From: Moniliella sp. 'wahieum'
Lineage: Eukaryota
Reading direction: 5' to 3'
Length of the DNA: 64,000 nt
NCBI GenBank assembly: GCA_003971905.1
Contig: RSEE01000042.1
Location: 1 to 64,000 of the forward strand
In this document: positions 62,901 through 64,000 of the stretch, piece by piece
How positions within the stretch are numbered: the stretch's first letter is position 1
Layout: each line of letters opens with the position of its first letter
Program-made: the position numbers and the translations under genes
Notes under the pieces: generated by a model
What the model saw: only the letters and a program-made list of their open reading frames with translations
What the model was told of the DNA's origin: nothing
The model's database searches: none

Positions 62901-64000
62901 AGGGTGCAGCACTGGCCTTGTCCTTCAACGGCCAGACCCAGGTCATGCCACTGTAATTGTCCACCACGACAAGAATGTAGTGCCAAGGTACCTTGTGCTG
63001 CAAAGCATCTGGCTCATTCCAAGGGCCCACCACATCGGCTGACACCAGGTCGAGGCGGGCCAAGATGAGACGAGAATCATTCCCCCGCCGGGCTCGCGAC
63101 TTGGCAGTACGGCAAACATCGCAGGAAGAAAACTCAGGAAACGAAGGCGGCCAAGATCCCCCTTTGCTGGCCGTAGACGTGTGTTTCACGGCCTCAGCGC
63201 CGGCATGGCCAAGCCGAAGGTGCCACAACCAAGCTGACGCGCGCGTCAAGTCGGGGGCTGGGTCTCAGCTACAGGCCGAGGAAAGAGTTTGTCCCGCAAC
63301 TGGTCATCAGGATCATTCAAAGAGTCATCCTCAGTCTCCGATAGAATAGGGAACGCTAATACTGCACCGTCCACCTGGCAGTCATCCGTGCACACTACCA
63401 TTTCCGCTCTGGGGTAGGTGCCCTTCAGTGGAACCCCGAGGGAAGTGCCATTCTTGGTGAAAAACACCACCTCATGGTCCCGAAATAGCGTACTCCCACC
63501 CGTGGCTGCCACTCCTTGGGTACTGAGGAGATTAGTAATGAGGTCAGGTACCAGCATAACCCCATTGAAGTGAAGCGCCTCCCACTTGCGCTGGGATGGA
63601 TCATATTGTAGGAGGCGTAAGGTGCCATTCACCCCAGCGACCGGCAGTTTCTGCCCCCTGCAGTGACTACCGAGGTGGGACGGGAGGGAGGCACGAAGTT
63701 TTTCGCCAAGCTTGCATCATTGACAAGGCGATGGGAGGCTCCGCTGTCAAAGATAAATTCAGCCGAGCGAGGTGTGGAGCAAGGTGGAGATGGGATGTTG
63801 TTGTAGAAGAAGAAGGGGGGGAAAGAAGGGGCGCGGTGGGCGAGTGATAAACAATGCGCTCAACAAGTCCTCTGCGAGGATAATGAGCGCCTCACCCCGC
63901 GCGACCCCTATTCGATATCATCAAACCCCGCGGCAGGCTGCCCATCCTCCTCTGAGACGGAGAGGTCCATTACCGTTAAGCCGTGCGCCAAGGCTTGAAG
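59723..64000 (-). mobile_element. Ty1/copia LTR retrotransposon (gag and 5' LTR lie beyond the window end)
   Basis: Copia domain order PR-IN-RT-RH: protease FIFDSGASH (~63735-63760); WHLRLGH and CDVC zinc finger; integrase LVSADVVGP, VVDNYS, RVDQGE, NAVAERMN; RT EPLSFQEA..W..AM, CQWVFKAK..KARLVADG, HQMDVEAAY, KGVYGLRQGG, FVDD, TRPDIAQAV; RNase H CDADWAG..RRSTSGY, SSTEAEY, KHIDLRHHFLRE, NPADMFT. Confidence 0.97.

Noticed and set aside
5630..63700. Pervasive frameshifts as mass pseudogenisation, programmed frameshifting or RNA editing
   Set aside because: They are mostly 1-nt deletions, often in short homopolymers, they hit essential-type genes (tubulin, chitin synthase) while catalytic motifs remain intact, and they vary regionally (the 744-aa myosin and 323-aa RNR2 stretches are clean). 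This is typical of unpolished long-read consensus; short-read polishing would settle it.

Overview
GC-rich eukaryotic DNA from a fungus, inferred to be a basidiomycete and probably Ustilaginomycotina-like (few short GT-AG introns with CTRAC branch sites, myosin-chitin synthase, Zn2Cys6 factor). Nearly every gene is broken by 1-nt deletions, which I read as uncorrected long-read error rather than biology, so all CDS coordinates are approximate gene spans. Left to right: two weak hypothetical genes and a probable ~1.1-kb solo LTR (1-3.4 kb); a secreted, probably GPI-anchored GMC oxidoreductase; a LACTB2-like metallo-beta-lactamase; an AVT-type amino-acid transporter; a Sec7+PH Arf-GEF (Syt1-like); a Pro/Ser-rich hypothetical protein; NAD-dependent methylene-THF dehydrogenase (MTD1) head-to-head with an F-box gene; a ~9-kb gene-poor interval; a Zn2Cys6 transcription factor; beta-tubulin head-to-head with a small membrane protein; class V myosin-chitin synthase; RNR small subunit with an MCB-rich promoter; an APC-family amino-acid permease; and most of a Ty1/copia retrotransposon with PPT and a 246-bp 3' LTR. 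The most unusual signal is non-coding: intergenic DNA is full of 7-bp-period tandem arrays built from at least a dozen different A..T 6-bp palindromes plus a 1-nt spacer (AAGCTT, AGATCT, ACTAGT, ACATGT, AGTACT, AACGTT, ATCGAT, ACGCGT, AGGCCT, ACCGGT, ATGCAT, AGCGCT). They share a T-N-A junction every 7 bp, suggesting one generating mechanism or structural code rather than one binding motif.
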